A DNA stretch of 64,000 nucleotides from Macrostomum hystrix (GCA_950097015.1 CATNEN010000039.1:9796001-9860000), one strand, 5' to 3'; shown: positions 24,988-38,278, numbered from the stretch's first letter. Numbers and translations: made by a program. The notes: generated by a model from the sequence alone, not told the origin.

Positions 24988-27495
24988 CTAATACCGCCTC
25001 CAGCTGTCAGCACGGACCAGAACCCGCCGCCCGGAGACTCCATCCACCTCCATTATCATTTCAATTTCCTCTAATTCCTCTGAGGATGAGGATGAAGATG
25101 AAGATGATGACGACGATGACGAGGAAGTTGGACAGTCGGATTCGAGCTCGCAGACGCTGCCGACCTCCTTGGCGCTGCACGGTCGATCTAGCTGCAGCCG
25201 GTCTAGGTCGAACAGCCGGCTGGAGTAGGTTGGCAGGCGGTGCAGCGGCGTCCTGCCGAGCAGCCGGCGCAGCGGGGAGCTGTACATCCGATAATGCCAG
25301 CTGCGGTAGGCCCAGACGCAGGCGGCCACGCACATGAGCGCCAAAGCGGTTGCCGTGACGCCGGCCATGACGCCGCGAGTGACACGGAACTCTAACGGGA
25401 AGATCTCGACTGGCTGCGGCTGCGGCTGCGGAGTTGTTGGCACCGCGTTTGTCGACGGCGTCTTCTGGCTGATGGTGGAGGCTGCTGGAACGTTTCCCGT
25501 CAGTCTGTGGTTGCTTCTCGGCTGCGGTGAGAAGGCGCAGGGTGAGCTAGTCTCTGCTAGTTATGCTTGAACCTTCAACTATCTAATTGAGAGAATGCCA
25601 ATATGAATCGGTGACTCTAGAATTGAACAAAAGTTACATCTTGCCCGTTTTGGCCAGATGTATCCCAGTGGCACAACCAAAGCTATGCTGCTCAGTTGCT
25701 CTGTGCTTAGTTGTGCACACTAGGGAATAAATTAAATTTTCTTTCTTAAGAACTCAGATAGTACCCATAGGGGTAAGACGCTTAGTTATACCTAAAAAGC
25801 TCCCAATGCTGTTATTAGTGTGCCAAGGCGACTCTTATATGTGAGAAGACTTGTACTCACCCTGTGCTGGTGAAACAGTTCCACTTTAAAGCTGCGAAAT
25901 TCGAAAAAATCCACGGAGACCAGGGCAGCGCGCCAGTTGTAAACCAGCCAACAGTCCCGGCTGGGGCATTTCAGCACAACCTCGGCTGACTGCATGAGCA
26001 CCGGGTAGAGCTGGGCAAACTTAGACAGGGTGCACTCTTGCGGATCAGCCGAATCCGACAGGCATAGGATTGGTCGAGGATTTGTCCAGGCATTCAGTTG
26101 GCTCTTGCTGAAAAAGGATTGCCACGGCGAAAAAAACTGAGCGGCTGAGCATCCGGGTGAAAAATAGCTAATAACTGTGACAAAGTGAGAGTGCTAGTGA
26201 CATTGCCATCATGACACACAGTGACAGAGTGAAAAAAATTAGGATAAAACTGGCTTGGAGTAAATTGCTGGTTGAATATTGAGCTGCAGCGAATAATGAC
26301 GAAAAAAATAACTGCCAGCGCACCTGATGACTACTTCTTGTACACCGAGAAGATGCCATTTGCAATCAGCTGGGACGGAGTGCATGGGAAGGACCAGGTT
26401 GTAGTGAGTTCGCAAATCGGTACCAGTTCCCAGACGCAGAGTTGTGTTACACAAGTTGTAGCAGTGTAATTGAGAGCCATCGATTTTTGTAGTTGCATCC
26501 TCTGCAGCCTCGCTGCGTGGATTCGCTGATTCAGCTACTGAGCAGTTGATTCTCATCTTGGCTCCCGTCGGACTATCCTGGTGAATTGGCAGGGTCGTGT
26601 AAATTGCGCGCCTCTGTGGATCGCGGCAGCAGATGGTCTCGGCTTGGCCTATAGACATTTTAAGCTTGAGCTCGTTCAGATCGGCTTTCGACTGCCACCA
26701 GCTGGCCTCATCTTTGCAATTGTACAGATTGCTGGTGATAAGCAGGTTGCACTGGCGCGCTGAGTAATTGGATAGTGGCTGCTCGTTCTGAGCCGTGACA
26801 CCGACAGTCTGCTGCAACGCGGAACTCAACGTCGCTGAAACGGCCACCTTCGGTCGTGGCGTGATCGATACCGTCTCCGGAGGAACTGACGTCGTTGATA
26901 CAGCTTCATTCGGTCGCGGCATGATCGATACCGTCTCCGGAGGAACTGACGTCGTTGATACAGCTTCATTCGGTCGCGGCATGATCGATACCATCTCCGG
27001 AGGAACTGACGTCGTTGATACAGCTTCATTCCGTCGCGGCATGATCGATACCGTCTCCGGAGGAACTGACGTCGTTGATACAGCTTCATTCCGTCGCGGC
27101 ATGATCGATACCGTCTCCGGAGGAACTGACGTCGTTGATACAGCTTCATTCCGTCGCGGCATGATCGATACCGTCTCCGGAGGAACTGACGTCGTTGATA
27201 CAGCCACCTTCGGTCGCGGATTTGTTGGTCGTGTTTCATACTGTCGCAACGCTATCGAAACCAGCGCCTGCCTTTGCGGCGTCGACATCGTAGTAGACGA
27301 ACTGTCTGAAGTCGGCGAAGCTGTATAGAAATCTGTTAAATTCACCTCCGGAGAGCTGCTGGAATTTGTCAGAGGTTTAGAATAGTTGGCCATGACGGTT
27401 TGCTTCGTTGACGTCGCTTGCGGTTTGGAAGTTGATTGCAGTGACATTGCTGAAAGCGTAAGCATGAATACTATCTGTGCGATGCGTTGTTCCAT
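24988..27495 (-). CDS. Putative mucin-like type-I membrane protein; exons ~27495-26260, ~26167-25861, ~25547-24988
   Basis: Signal-peptide-like MEQRIAQIVFMLTLSAMSLQS; S/T/P-rich 20-aa repeats; Cys-containing region; donor AGG|GTGAGT at 25861 joins in phase to last exon; TM GVMAGVTATALALMCVAACVWAY; first intron donor not resolved. Confidence 0.55.
26845..27220. repeat. 60-bp coding tandem repeat (VSTTSVPPETVSIMPRRNEA)x6
   Basis: Six near-identical in-frame units. Confidence 0.95.
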
Positions 27496-28084
27496 GCTGA
27501 TAAGAAAAATATTTACAAGCCAAGAGACAAACTTGGGCTTGGCTCTGTGCTTGCTATTTACCAATGACTTTCTGATTTCGCCTTATATAGGCTTACAGGT
27601 GTCTGACTAAGGCGTCAAATTAGATCGTTTAATTGAACGTCATTAAGGTTTCAGTGAGTATTGTGAGTAACAAGTTTTCCTGTTGCGCAACGAGTCAGAG
27701 TACAATGGTTGCAGTTCTAAACATTTGTCTCGCATGTCAAACACTGAGGCAACTCAGAATGTACTTGCGTATCATGTACCGGCAAGCACCGTGAAGTTCT
27801 TAGATCTCTACCCACATCTAAATATGGCCAGCACCCAGCTACGTGAATGTGCCCACCTAGTGAGTTTTTTGCTGGATGACAGTTCCTGGAGTTTCTGTAA
27901 TTGTGTCTAGTTTATCCTACATATACCTTTTAAAACTCAACTATTTTATCATTTAATAGGATCTTTAATGCTACCTAGTCTACTCTAATCATTAATAACA
28001 AAGAGTATAACAATTCACAAACACTTAGCTATCTATTTCACATTTTTTATGTAAAAAAGGAAACATGTTCGGATTGCCTAACAA

Positions 28085-29170
28085 TCACAGCTTGATGTCG
28101 TACATTCCGTTTAACCAAATGACATCGCTTTGAGGCCAGCTGCTCAGCTCCCTGGCATCGAGCAGCTTGAGCGACTGACTACTCCACGCCCGGAAGCGCC
28201 TGCTGACAAAGAATTCCGCAATTGCGGCCGCTGCTGCCTTGCCTCGAAGCGCAACCGGCCGCCAGTCCATCTGCACGGCCGTCACCGTGAGTTGCTCGAA
28301 GAAGCGCCCAGCCGTTGGCAGAAAGTCCAACTCGTCGCCCTGAATCATCATTACAATGTGGGTAGTTCGAAACAAGCCAGTCAACTTCTCAAACCGCAGC
28401 GGCATGACGGGAATGGTGTCTCGTCTGGCTCGGACAACATCGCAGTCAGAAAACAACTCGGGATACTTCAACTGCGGGTCATTGTCGTTGGAGACGAAGT
28501 TCCACACGAGAGTTGCGTCCAGCATTGCGGCTTCGAGGCTCAGCTGCAGTCGGATAAGGTTTCGGATGTTTGCATCGACCGACACGACTTGCAAACCGAG
28601 CTTCGCGGCCAGGATGCTGTACAAACCAATATTGCTGCCGATGTTGAGGAACGTGACTGCCTCCAGCCTCAATGCGAACTTCATCAGCCAATCAGCACGA
28701 CTCGCTGATTTTTGACTGTTGGATTCTGTTGAATTCGATGTGTCACTGCTGCTGCTTGTATAAATCAGTAGCTTCATGCTATCAGGTCCCATCACAGATT
28801 CCATCTTAGCGAGCTGTCTCACAGCGTTCAAAATGTCCGGTTCGACCCAGCGGTGGAGGACGCACACGGGATAGCCGTCTCTGAGCAGCTTGTAGGCCTC
28901 CACGCCAACGCACAGACTGGACCTGAGAACCGGGCGAAGAAAATCCACGTAGCGCAACTCACGGTTCGATGTACATTTTCTCTCATTTTGCACTTCCTCT
29001 TCTAGCAGACTGGACAGTTGAGCCTCAAAGATCAGCTGTGAAACATCCGAAGATCTGAGGTGGAAAAAATTGCTCTTCAAAGCTAGAAAGTGCAGCAGGT
29101 GGAAGCCGAGAATTAGGCTGGAAGCCGTCAATGCGACTGCCAGCAACCTAACTGGCCTGAATGTCCTCAT
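28085..29170 (-). CDS. FkbM/Methyltransf_21-like SAM-dependent methyltransferase with N-terminal signal anchor, single exon
   Basis: FLNIGSNIGLYSILAAKLGLQVVSVDAN resembles DIGANIG motif I plus beta-2 acidic residue; hydrophobic N-terminus. Confidence 0.7.
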   Translation of the reverse strand: MRTFRPVRLLAVALTASSLILGFHLLHFLALKSNFFHLRSSDVSQLIFEAQLSSLLEEEVQNERKCTSNRELRYVDFLRPVLRSSLCVGVEAYKLLRDGYPVCVLHRWVEPDILNAVRQLAKMESVMGPDSMKLLIYTSSSSDTSNSTESNSQKSASRADWLMKFALRLEAVTFLNIGSNIGLYSILAAKLGLQVVSVDANIRNLIRLQLSLEAAMLDATLVWNFVSNDNDPQLKYPELFSDCDVVRARRDTIPVMPLRFEKLTGLFRTTHIVMMIQGDELDFLPTAGRFFEQLTVTAVQMDWRPVALRGKAAAAAIAEFFVSRRFRAWSSQSLKLLDARELSSWPQSDVIWLNGMYDIKL

Positions 29171-30310
29171 AGTGCATCTGTGTCCAATGCATGAAGCCGA
29201 ATTTATTCAGATTGGGTTATAGCTTGCAACAGAAAAGCTGCAAACACAGACTGCATACGAGTGGCTGACTTCACTAGCGCTTAGTATTCTTGTGCGTTCG
29301 TTCATTCAAATAAATTCTAAATGAACGTCCCTTGGAGTTAGTATCTGACAGCATGAGCAATGTCTTCTTCTCAGCTATTGTTCATCAATTTCTGCTGGGG
29401 TTGAGAGCTAGCCCCCCCTCCACCATTGTTGACTCATACCCAAGTCTGAGCTCAAGAATATTTTTCCACTGTACTCAAAATAACTAACAAACTGAATTTG
29501 CGTCTGCAATCAATTGTATCAATATCAATCTACTAGTATATCAAGCTGCGTCAAAAAATAAGAGCTTAAGCAACTTTTGACAAAAGTAGCAGAGTCTGGT
29601 CACGCGCCAAAGCAAATATACGAGCACAGGTTGTTAATTTAAGCTCAACTCATATTGTGCACAAGACATTGCTCTGAGCATATGCCCACAATGCCCTTAG
29701 TTGGATTATGTTGACTTTGAGGAGACTTTATTGGTTCTACAATTGTAGATAAGACTATGCAGCACAAAACGTGTAACCTGGAGAGAAACCACTTTTCCAG
29801 ACCATTGTGAGCTGACTGACACCAGACTGCATATCTGATGCAAATAATCAGTTCTGATGCACTAGCTTGATAGAAAATCTCATTTAAAAAATCCAAAAAA
29901 TCCATTTTTAGCGCTAAATAAATTTTCTTGATTCCTGAACGAAAATGTTGCGTAAATATAGTGTTGTGTCGTGACTTGCTAAAACGGCCCTCTTTAGGGC
30001 TGGTTGTGTTAGTTGCTGCTGGCTACTGTTAGTAGACTAGTAAGTTAGTGCTGCTCATTACTAAATATTAGTCCGGCTCGTTCTGCTAATTATCAATCGA
30101 CGTATTTTTCGGTTACTAATTAATATACAAGCACAAGCTGCTTTGAGGCGAAAAAACTTTAGTCCATCTACCAAAAAAAAGCGACTTGTCTTAAAGGCAC
30201 AACAATTAGCTTTGTCAAAAAACACAGATTTATTTTTGTCATTGTTCCATTTTCATGCCTCGGAATGAATCTCAGAATGGCTAGTAACGCTGGATTTAGT
30301 AGATTCAGCT

Positions 30311-32214
30311 TCACATGGCTTGCGCCCAGTAGGCCATGCCGCCCATAACGGCCACACTGGCGCCGATCATGAAGCTCCATTGCTCGGTCTGCGCTTGACG
30401 CTTTTCCATGTACAACAGCACACGCGCGTAACACCCAGTTCTGTGCAGCTTTATAAGCCGGGGTTTTTTTCCCGCCTGGATACTACCTGCCTGCTGGGTC
30501 AGGCTATGAATAACGGGACCACTGAGACTGCTGCAGTTCAACGACCGTCCTGTGTCTGTTTTCAAACAGCATGACTCAGGCGGCGGCGGGTCGACTAGCT
30601 GTTCGCCGATCTTTAATCCCGAGTTGGCAGCCGCGAAGCTCCTGTCAAAGAATTGAGCCTCCCAGCTAGCACCCTTCTTTCTGGGCGCCAATGCGTAGTC
30701 GTAATGGTTATTGATGCCGCAGCAGCTAAAATTAGTTTGAATCTTGTCCAGCAATCGGTCCATGTTGACGCCCTTCCACGGCTCCAGCTTGTACTCCAAC
30801 AGGGCTCGACGAATCGAATCGTGCAAGATTTCCTTCTTCGCCTGGGTAATCTCGCGCCTGGCGCTCAAGTTGATGCAGACTCCGACACTCAGGCTGGCGG
30901 TGAGTTTGGCGGATGAATGACTTTCTATAATGATGGAAGTGCGAGCTGTCAGGACTTTCATCCTTGGGGTACCCGGGAGAGTGCACAGCAGACTCACAAT
31001 GGACTGTGGATATCTTACTGTAAGTAACAGATATTCTACTGTGGACAGCAGACATTCTACTGTGAACAGCAGACATTCTACTGTGGACAGCAGACATTCT
31101 ACTGTGGACAGCAGACATTCTACTGTGGACAGCAGACATTCTACTGTGGACAGCAGACATTCTACTGTGAACAGCAGACATTCTACTGTGGACAGCAGAC
31201 ATTCTACTGTGGACAGCAGACATTCTACTGTGGACAGCAGACATTCTACTGTGGACAGCAGACATTCTACTGTGGACAGCAGACATTCTACTGTGGACAG
31301 CAGACATTCTACTGTGGACAGCAGACATTCTACTGTGGACAGCAGACATTCTACTGTGGACAGCAGACATTCTACTGTGGACAGCAGACATTCTACTGTG
31401 GACAGCAGACATTCTACTGTGGACAGCAGACATTCTGCAGTGGACAGCAGACATTCTACTGTGGACAGCAGACATTCTACTATGGACAGCAGACAGTGGT
31501 CAGGGCGTCGGACTCACGACTTCAAGGTCGGGGGTTGGAAAAAATGTGTTATTTAGCAAGACAATTAACTCTGCATTGCTCTAGTTCTCCCAGCCGTTAA
31601 ATGGGTACCAGCATCAGCTGGGGTAATTGAGGGTGAGTGTGCCATTCACCAGTCTATGGACTGAAAAGCCGTACGCAGCCATTAAAAGCGATTCGCAATA
31701 GCTGCGGCTGTGCTGTTGGCAACACATCTGACAGCACATTATGAATTAATCATTTTATTATTTCGATCCAATAAAAAGACAGCTCCTGCTGCGCACTGTA
31801 CCTGAGAACGAAGGAGACGCTGCCGATGAAGTAAATGATGCTCACAGTATCCGTGGCAGCTCTACGCATTTTTAATTTTTTAGATAGATAGTCAGGGTAG
31901 AGCTGCAACAGACAGGCGGGCCTCTCCAAGCCGGCCATCTGCAATAGGACAGTCAGCATGGCACACGTGGAGATCACCAGTATAGTCACGACCAGAGCCA
32001 CAATTGTCAAACATAGCCGTGTGTCGATGTCGCCGCCTTTGTCCAAGTCCTCCTTGGTCAACAACAGTGCCACCAAGTCCAGCTTGTTCTTCGTAGTGCC
32101 AATCTGCTCGCGAAACGCAAGCACAATGGCACAGAAGCAAAAGTTGAAGAAGGACGGCAGCAACCTCAGCGACAGAAGCACCAGCTTAAAACCTTCCAGT
32201 GATGATTCTGGCAT
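30311..32214 (-). CDS. Divergent tetraspanin-like protein (exon 1 ~32214-31802; exon 2 ~30965-30311)
   Basis: Three hydrophobic segments in exon 1; LDKIQTNFSCCG, PESCC, GC and a final TM in exon 2; junction uncertain. Confidence 0.65.
31030..31494. repeat. 21-bp intronic tandem array (CAGCAGACATTCTACTGTGGA)n
   Basis: About 22 units. Confidence 0.97.
31495..31735 (+). mobile_element. SINE family B, degenerate copy
   Basis: CTGCATTGCTC..CCCAGC..TAAATGGGTAC..CCAGTC.ATGGACTG..GTACGCAGCC..TAGCTGCGGC shared with 46305-46540. Confidence 0.7.
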
Positions 32215-32847
32215 CGTTGCTGTAATTCACCCTGCGATTCCACTGGTCTACGTCAGCAGATGTAGCGAGATATGTATAAGAGCTCAATTGAAATGCTAAT
32301 TTTCAAAGCTACTGGCCGCTATTTTCTTGTTTATTTATTGCATTTCCACCTTAGTTAAGCCACCAACATGCAAGTGATAGGATCCAACATATTAATAAAA
32401 TTCATCAATTTAAATCGTTTAAGCATGTTGTCTATGGTTAAACTTGCTAACTGCCAAGTAATTAAGCCATTCGAAACATTACTTGCTCTTAAATCTCAAC
32501 TAGCATGCCAAAGTCTGCGTTACCCTATATCATTACACATATAGAGGCTTCTAACTGATTGTTGTCAGTCATTGTTGTGGTATGGGAGTCTGTTCTTGAA
32601 AGTGGTATATGACTACTCCAAGTAGTTATTATGAGTATTTACTTGTCTGGCCGAATTTAGATAGTTAGAAATTATTTTGTTTTTCTACGTTTTTATGTTA
32701 GACCTCTTAATAGTCGTTTACTACTCAGAGCCATAGAACAGTGCTAATATACCTGTGAGAGTGGTGCCTCATCCCATCCTTGTCGGAGCAATAAGTGTAT
32801 CGGTGGCATGTAAGGCGACAACTCTGTACAGTTGCTTGCTTGGCAAG

Positions 32848-33222
32848 AGGGGGTCGGTGGCAGAGCGGTTATCGCGTTTGCCTCTCGCACCACGGTCCCT
32901 AAGTTCGATTCCACGGCGAGGCCACACTTATTTGGGGGGCAGCCGCAGAGAGAAGGCTTGGGGGCTTGTCGTGAAATTTACGCCCTTGAGGGCCAACCTC
33001 CAAGGCACAGTGAAGTGTACACTGCCTGACGATGAGAAAGTCAGGGCAGATGTACACACCTGTGTGAGCGAGTGCCTGCATACAGAATCTGTGTGTGTGC
33101 GTGTGTGCTCTGGATTCAGCGAAATGGGCAGAATTGCCTCCTCGCTGGCTGCGGGTCTAGTGTCACTAAATGATGTGCCATTGCCCGCAGACCTCCTGCA
33201 ATTATTAATATTATTATTATTA
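32848..33222 (+). mobile_element. tRNA-derived SINE family A, full-length copy
   Basis: A box TGGCAGAGCGG, B box GTTCGATTC, (ATT)n tail; 12-bp TSD TTGCTTGGCAAG/TTGCTTGACAAG; at least 7 related copies in the window. Confidence 0.9.
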
Positions 33223-33867
33223 TTGCTTGACAAGTAAGATACTTATGAAGCTAAAAACACAACCTGTATTTTAGACGAACAACGTGTTTATTTCGCACGC
33301 CCAGGTGCATCTTAAGGTTGGTTATAAAACGTGCGAACAAATTACATGAGGATTGCAAAGAAAATTAGTTATTTTCTTGGTTATAAAAAAAGAAAGGAAA
33401 ATGTCTGTCAATATGCCTGTGTTGTGCTGCACTTTAAACTACATTAATGTGGCCTCGCCACATAATGAGACTCAACCCTTAAAATAAGCAGCTTAAAAAT
33501 GCCAGGTCAGACCTCTACGCGGAGTATTTTCTGCAGCACAGCAATGCGATGTGTCTCAATTTCTACTTCAGGCGATTATGTAAACACTGCCTTGTAAATA
33601 TAAATTTTACCGCTACTGACTGGAGTACCTGAACTGATAATGATCAAATGTAGAAGAAGTAGCTTGACTCGAGTAGAGAAAATGATAAGCCAGTGAATCG
33701 CCAGCGAGTGAGACCTAAGATACAGAATTAAGGATTCAAGGCACGGACTGTGAAGGCGAATTTCACTGCTGTTTCAAGCCCACGCAAGTTATATAAAAAA
33801 CTAGTCGCAAAATCTTCTCGAAAAGCGCGAGTTTTCGATCCAAAAGCGAAGCGTCGGTTCAGAAGAA

Positions 33868-36800
33868 ATGCGCAACGATTTCCTCAAAAACAACCGGCTG
33901 ATTTTAGCCGCCTCAATCGGCGTCGGCCTGCTGATCGCCCTGATCTTCTTCTGGATCGGCTACGCAGCCAGGCCACCGCCTGACACCAGCCGCCTGCAGG
34001 GCCTGGCCGAGCGCTACCTGAGCCTCGGCCGGAGACAGCGCGGCTTCACCGGACAGTCGGTGCGGGCTGCGGCGCGCTCAGACGAGATCCGGCGTCATCT
34101 AACGTCGTTGGCTTCGAAGCCGCACATCGCCGGCACGAGAGGGCACGAGGCCACTGCTGAATACTTCCGTGACATCCTGTCGAGGCTGAATGGTTTTGAG
34201 GTGTTCACCAGAAACTACACCGTGCCTGTCAGCTTGCCGGTTGGTCAGGACAAGTCGCGATTCGTCATTTACTACGAAAATGGAACTACGGTGGAGAGCC
34301 AGACGCAGGAGGAGATGCTGGTGACGCTGAATATGACGGACCAGGTGAGCTTTTACCAGTGGAGTAGCCAGGATTTTTGTCTAGGGGGTCGCGCCTTTTG
34401 GGGGCGCCACTACCACTGAGTGCCACTACCATGGGACGCCACTCCTTGTAATATCAATATGGGGCGCCACATAGTTTCTTCAGCCGATTAGGTGAGCCCC
34501 CCTTGCTCCCTCCCACGGACTACTCAAGTAGATAAGATAGACGAATGTAAAGAAACCACGCACACAGAGTAGGAATCTCTCTTAATTGAAAGTTGAATCT
34601 GTCGACCAATATTTCGACCCTTTCTGGGCCTTCGTCAGGGTCCGTTTATTTGAGAAGCGAAGAGAGCGAAGTTTGAGCGAGACTTTTATAGCGACAAATA
34701 AATGGTATTGAGAGTGGATAGGCTGAGCAGGCACGATGAACAAGTGTACATGCAGCCAACTAAAAAGGTGCTTGAGACTTAAAGGTCTTAGAGTCAAATA
34801 AAAAAATGAATGAAGCATCGCTAACCATCAACCAGGAATGGGTGGGTAGCAAACGATAAAATTTTGCAGCGAACACACAAAGGTCACGGCTGACATGGGC
34901 AGTTCAAACAGGAACGAAGAGTTTTAACTGAATGAAAAGAATGACTGCAACTGGCAGGTTGGGGAAGTCTGAGCGCAGACCTTCCGCGTGCCGAGTCCCT
35001 GAAGCACAGGCAACTCGACCCTGCCGTCTGGGGCCCGACGTTGTCACGACCGACGTTGGGCAGATGATGTATAGGACACAATTGAAGGGCAGAACGACTG
35101 CCTCAGGCAGGTGGGGAAGTCTGAGCACAGACCTTCCGGGCGCCGAGCCCCTGAAGCACAGGCAACTCGACCCTGCAGTCTGCGAAACCAACTGGTCTTG
35201 GCTGACATTTGACAGATGTTGTAGAGCACAATTGAAGGGCAGAAAGACTGCTTCTGGCAGGTGGAAAAGTCTGAGAACAGACCTTCCTGGTGTCGAGCCC
35301 CTGAACCACAGGCAACTCGACCCTGCAGTCTGCGATCCAAACTGGTCATGGCTGACATTGGACAGATGTTGTAGAGCACAATTGAAGGACAGAATGACTG
35401 CTTCTGGCAGGTGGGGAAGTCTGAAGTCTGAAGTCTGAAGGCTTGTATCAGTTTTATAATTTGACTCCAAACATTAAGTTTAAAATTAAAGTAAAACTGA
35501 TTTCTATGGAATCTCCTAATACAATTTCCCATCTCAACACAAAATCAAAGGTAACACCAATTCTGTCCTTCACACCTTCTGGCAACGTTACGGGTCCGGT
35601 TATTTTTGCTAACTATGGCCGCGAACGTGATTTCGAATATCTGAAGCAGCTCAATGTCACTTTGACTGGCGCTATCGCTTTGATGCGCTATGGCGGTGTT
35701 GGACGCGGAAAAAAGCTGGTCAATGCTGCCGCATACGGCTGCATAGGCGGCATTGTGTACTCTGACCCAGCGGATGGTTGGGCGCAACCCGGCAATCTGG
35801 ACGATGTCTATCCGAAATCCTGGTGGCTGCCCCCGACTGGCGTACAGCGGGGAAGTGCGAAGATGCGCCAGGCGGATCCGCAGACGCCGGAATATCCGTC
35901 CCTGCCGTTCGTCTTTCGCGAAGACTTTAAAGATATCAAACGACAGACAGATCCACCTGTGCTCTCTCCGATCCCGGGCTACCCAGTCGGATACGGCGAT
36001 GCGATGAAACTGCTGAGAGTGCTGGGTGGGGCCAACATCAGCTCCTACGTGAATGGCAAGCTGCCGGTTACTTATCGAACTGGTGGCAGTTTTATCTCAG
36101 GCGTGAATTACACCAGACTAACTGTCAACAATTTGATTCACGAGGGTGTCGATGCTGTCAACGTGTTCGCTGAAATGAAAGGCGACCTGGAACCTGACAG
36201 GTAAAAAAATCATTAGAAACTTATTTTTGGTTGTCATATGACAAGTTGCTCAAGATCATAGGAGAATAAAATGTGTTCCTATCGTCTGCAATAAACTAGA
36301 TATCATAACCCGTACACAGGTACGTTCTCCTCGGCAATCATCGCGACGCCTGGGGCGCTGGAGTTGTCGATGCCACTAGCGGCAGCGCAGTGCTGCTGGA
36401 AACGGCTCGAATACTGAGCAGTTTCTACGCCGACGGTTGGCGACCGCGACGGAGCATCTTGCTTTGCAGCTGGGATGTAGAGGAACAGGGAATCACAGGC
36501 AGCTGGGAGTGGGTGGAAGATCGACTGCCTCAAATCAGAGAAGTAAGTGAGCATGTCAGCATATGTGCACCAAGACGTATTCGTCGGTTATTCTTTTCCA
36601 CTAGTGAGTCCAAGACAATAGTGAGCATACTTCTTTCATATTTGTCTCGTTTTACTGCACTTTAGAAAGTGGTGGCCTATGTAAACATTGACATCGCGGT
36701 GCGCGGCAACTATAGTATTCGGCCGAACGCGGATCCACTGCTCCAGGAGGCGGCACTGAAGGCGCTCCGGAATCTGCCAGCCGAAGACGGTGGAACGATG

Positions 36801-37598
36801 TTTGACGAGTTCAAGATGCGATGGCTAGATCAAGGGCACAGCTTAAGTGTTCCGATAGCCTCAAGTGACTATTCAGCCTTCATTCAGACTGCTGGAGTAC
36901 CAATCATTGACGTGAGCTACGTAGCCAACCCACAATACAGCTCGTACTATCCCTTGTACCACTCCATGTACGAGACTCTGCCAGTGATGGAGACGTTCAT
37001 CGATCCGGGCCTGCGGGCCCACAGAGAAGTCGCCATCTGGGGAGTTGAAGTGTTGCGCCTGCTCGCGGAATCCTGGCTGTTGCCATACGATGAGTCAGCC
37101 TTGGTGAAGAACATTAGAAATCGCTATGATAGTGCAACACCGCCCAGCATGTGGGGCTGGCCGCCTAGCGCGGCAAAGTACGCCATGTATGTTAACTCTA
37201 CGTGGCAAGAGTTCGGCACTGTACTCACAGCCCTGGAGGCTGAAAGTGCCGCATTGGCAACCAAAATGCTGCAGCTTCAGGAGCGCATCGATAGAGGTGA
37301 CGAAGATGTGGATCCAATGTCAGTGCGTAGTTTCAACGATCGTCGCATGCGCATGATGCAGGCGCTCACTGATCCAGCCGGCATCCTGCGCGACCCGACG
37401 CTGCGAAATTTAGTGTTCTCCTCTCAGATCGAGGAGACTGTCGTGACTGCGCGATTCCCCGGCATTCAGGACCTGCTGGCTGTGGCTAAAAAGAGTCCGT
37501 CCGATATCGAGAGATGGAAGAAGGTCGCTCAGCATGTTTCGGCTCTGGTGTACCGCATGCACTCGCTTAAGTACCAGTTGCAGGAGAACGGCTTATAG
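33868..37598 (+). CDS. Glutamate carboxypeptidase II/NAALADase-like M28B peptidase; exons 33868-34344, 35551-36200, 36320-36542, 36666-37598
   Basis: N-terminal TM; PHIAGT; PA domain FANYGRERDF, IVYSDPAD, PPTGVQRGS; zinc/catalytic motifs GNHRDAW, VVDATSG, WDVEEQG, YVNID, YPLYHSMYET; consistent splice phases. Confidence 0.93.
34930..35430. repeat. ~156-bp intronic tandem repeat, about 3 copies
   Basis: Repeated GGCAGGTGGGGAAGTCTGAG...CACAGGCAACTCGACCCTGC. Confidence 0.85.
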
Positions 37599-38278
37599 TG
37601 CGCACGTCTTTTGTTTAACGGCTTTTATACATTCAGTTTGACATGTTTAAGCAGATTCTAAGTTTGTTCATTTTGATTAGAACAGATCGAATTGGTGCTG
37701 GACTAAAGTTAAAAATGATACTCGATTGGATTACTCAAGCTATATGTCTAGTACTCATGTCGTCTACACAGATGATTTCAGGCAGATTTTATATTTGATT
37801 TTGAAACCGAACGTATTATGATCAAGTGTTTTTTATAAGGTCGTCGAATACGTATTCGTGTGATTTTGTACTACTGTTCTGATTCTACTATTTGCTTCGC
37901 ATTATGAAGGATAGCGTCTTGAAACCCATTGTTTATCAACCACAATTTGAATTTATTTTACAATCGACGCCGAAAATAAATTAACGAAAATTAATCAAAG
38001 CAATTCATTTTGATGCGTTATTTCTGTCTTGCCGATTCCATTCAAGTAAATGTACTGATACGCCAACGAGATGTTGAACTACTTCAAACAACAATTCACA
38101 TTGTTATAATAAAACGAAGGACTCCTAAAATTCTCAATGTTCAGCTCATAGAGTATCAGCATCCGTCCAATTAATAGAACGCTAAAAATCACATGCCTTT
38201 ATCTGCCAAGATGCTAAGCCAGCAATGGTTCTCGACTTTTATTTTCTTGCCTTTTCTGATTTTTCGGTTAATTTCCAG

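Noticed and set aside
32849-32925. tRNA gene
   Set aside because: A and B boxes continue into a SINE body with tail and TSD; no proper acceptor stem; the fragments near 12840 and 15520 are likewise SINE-like heads
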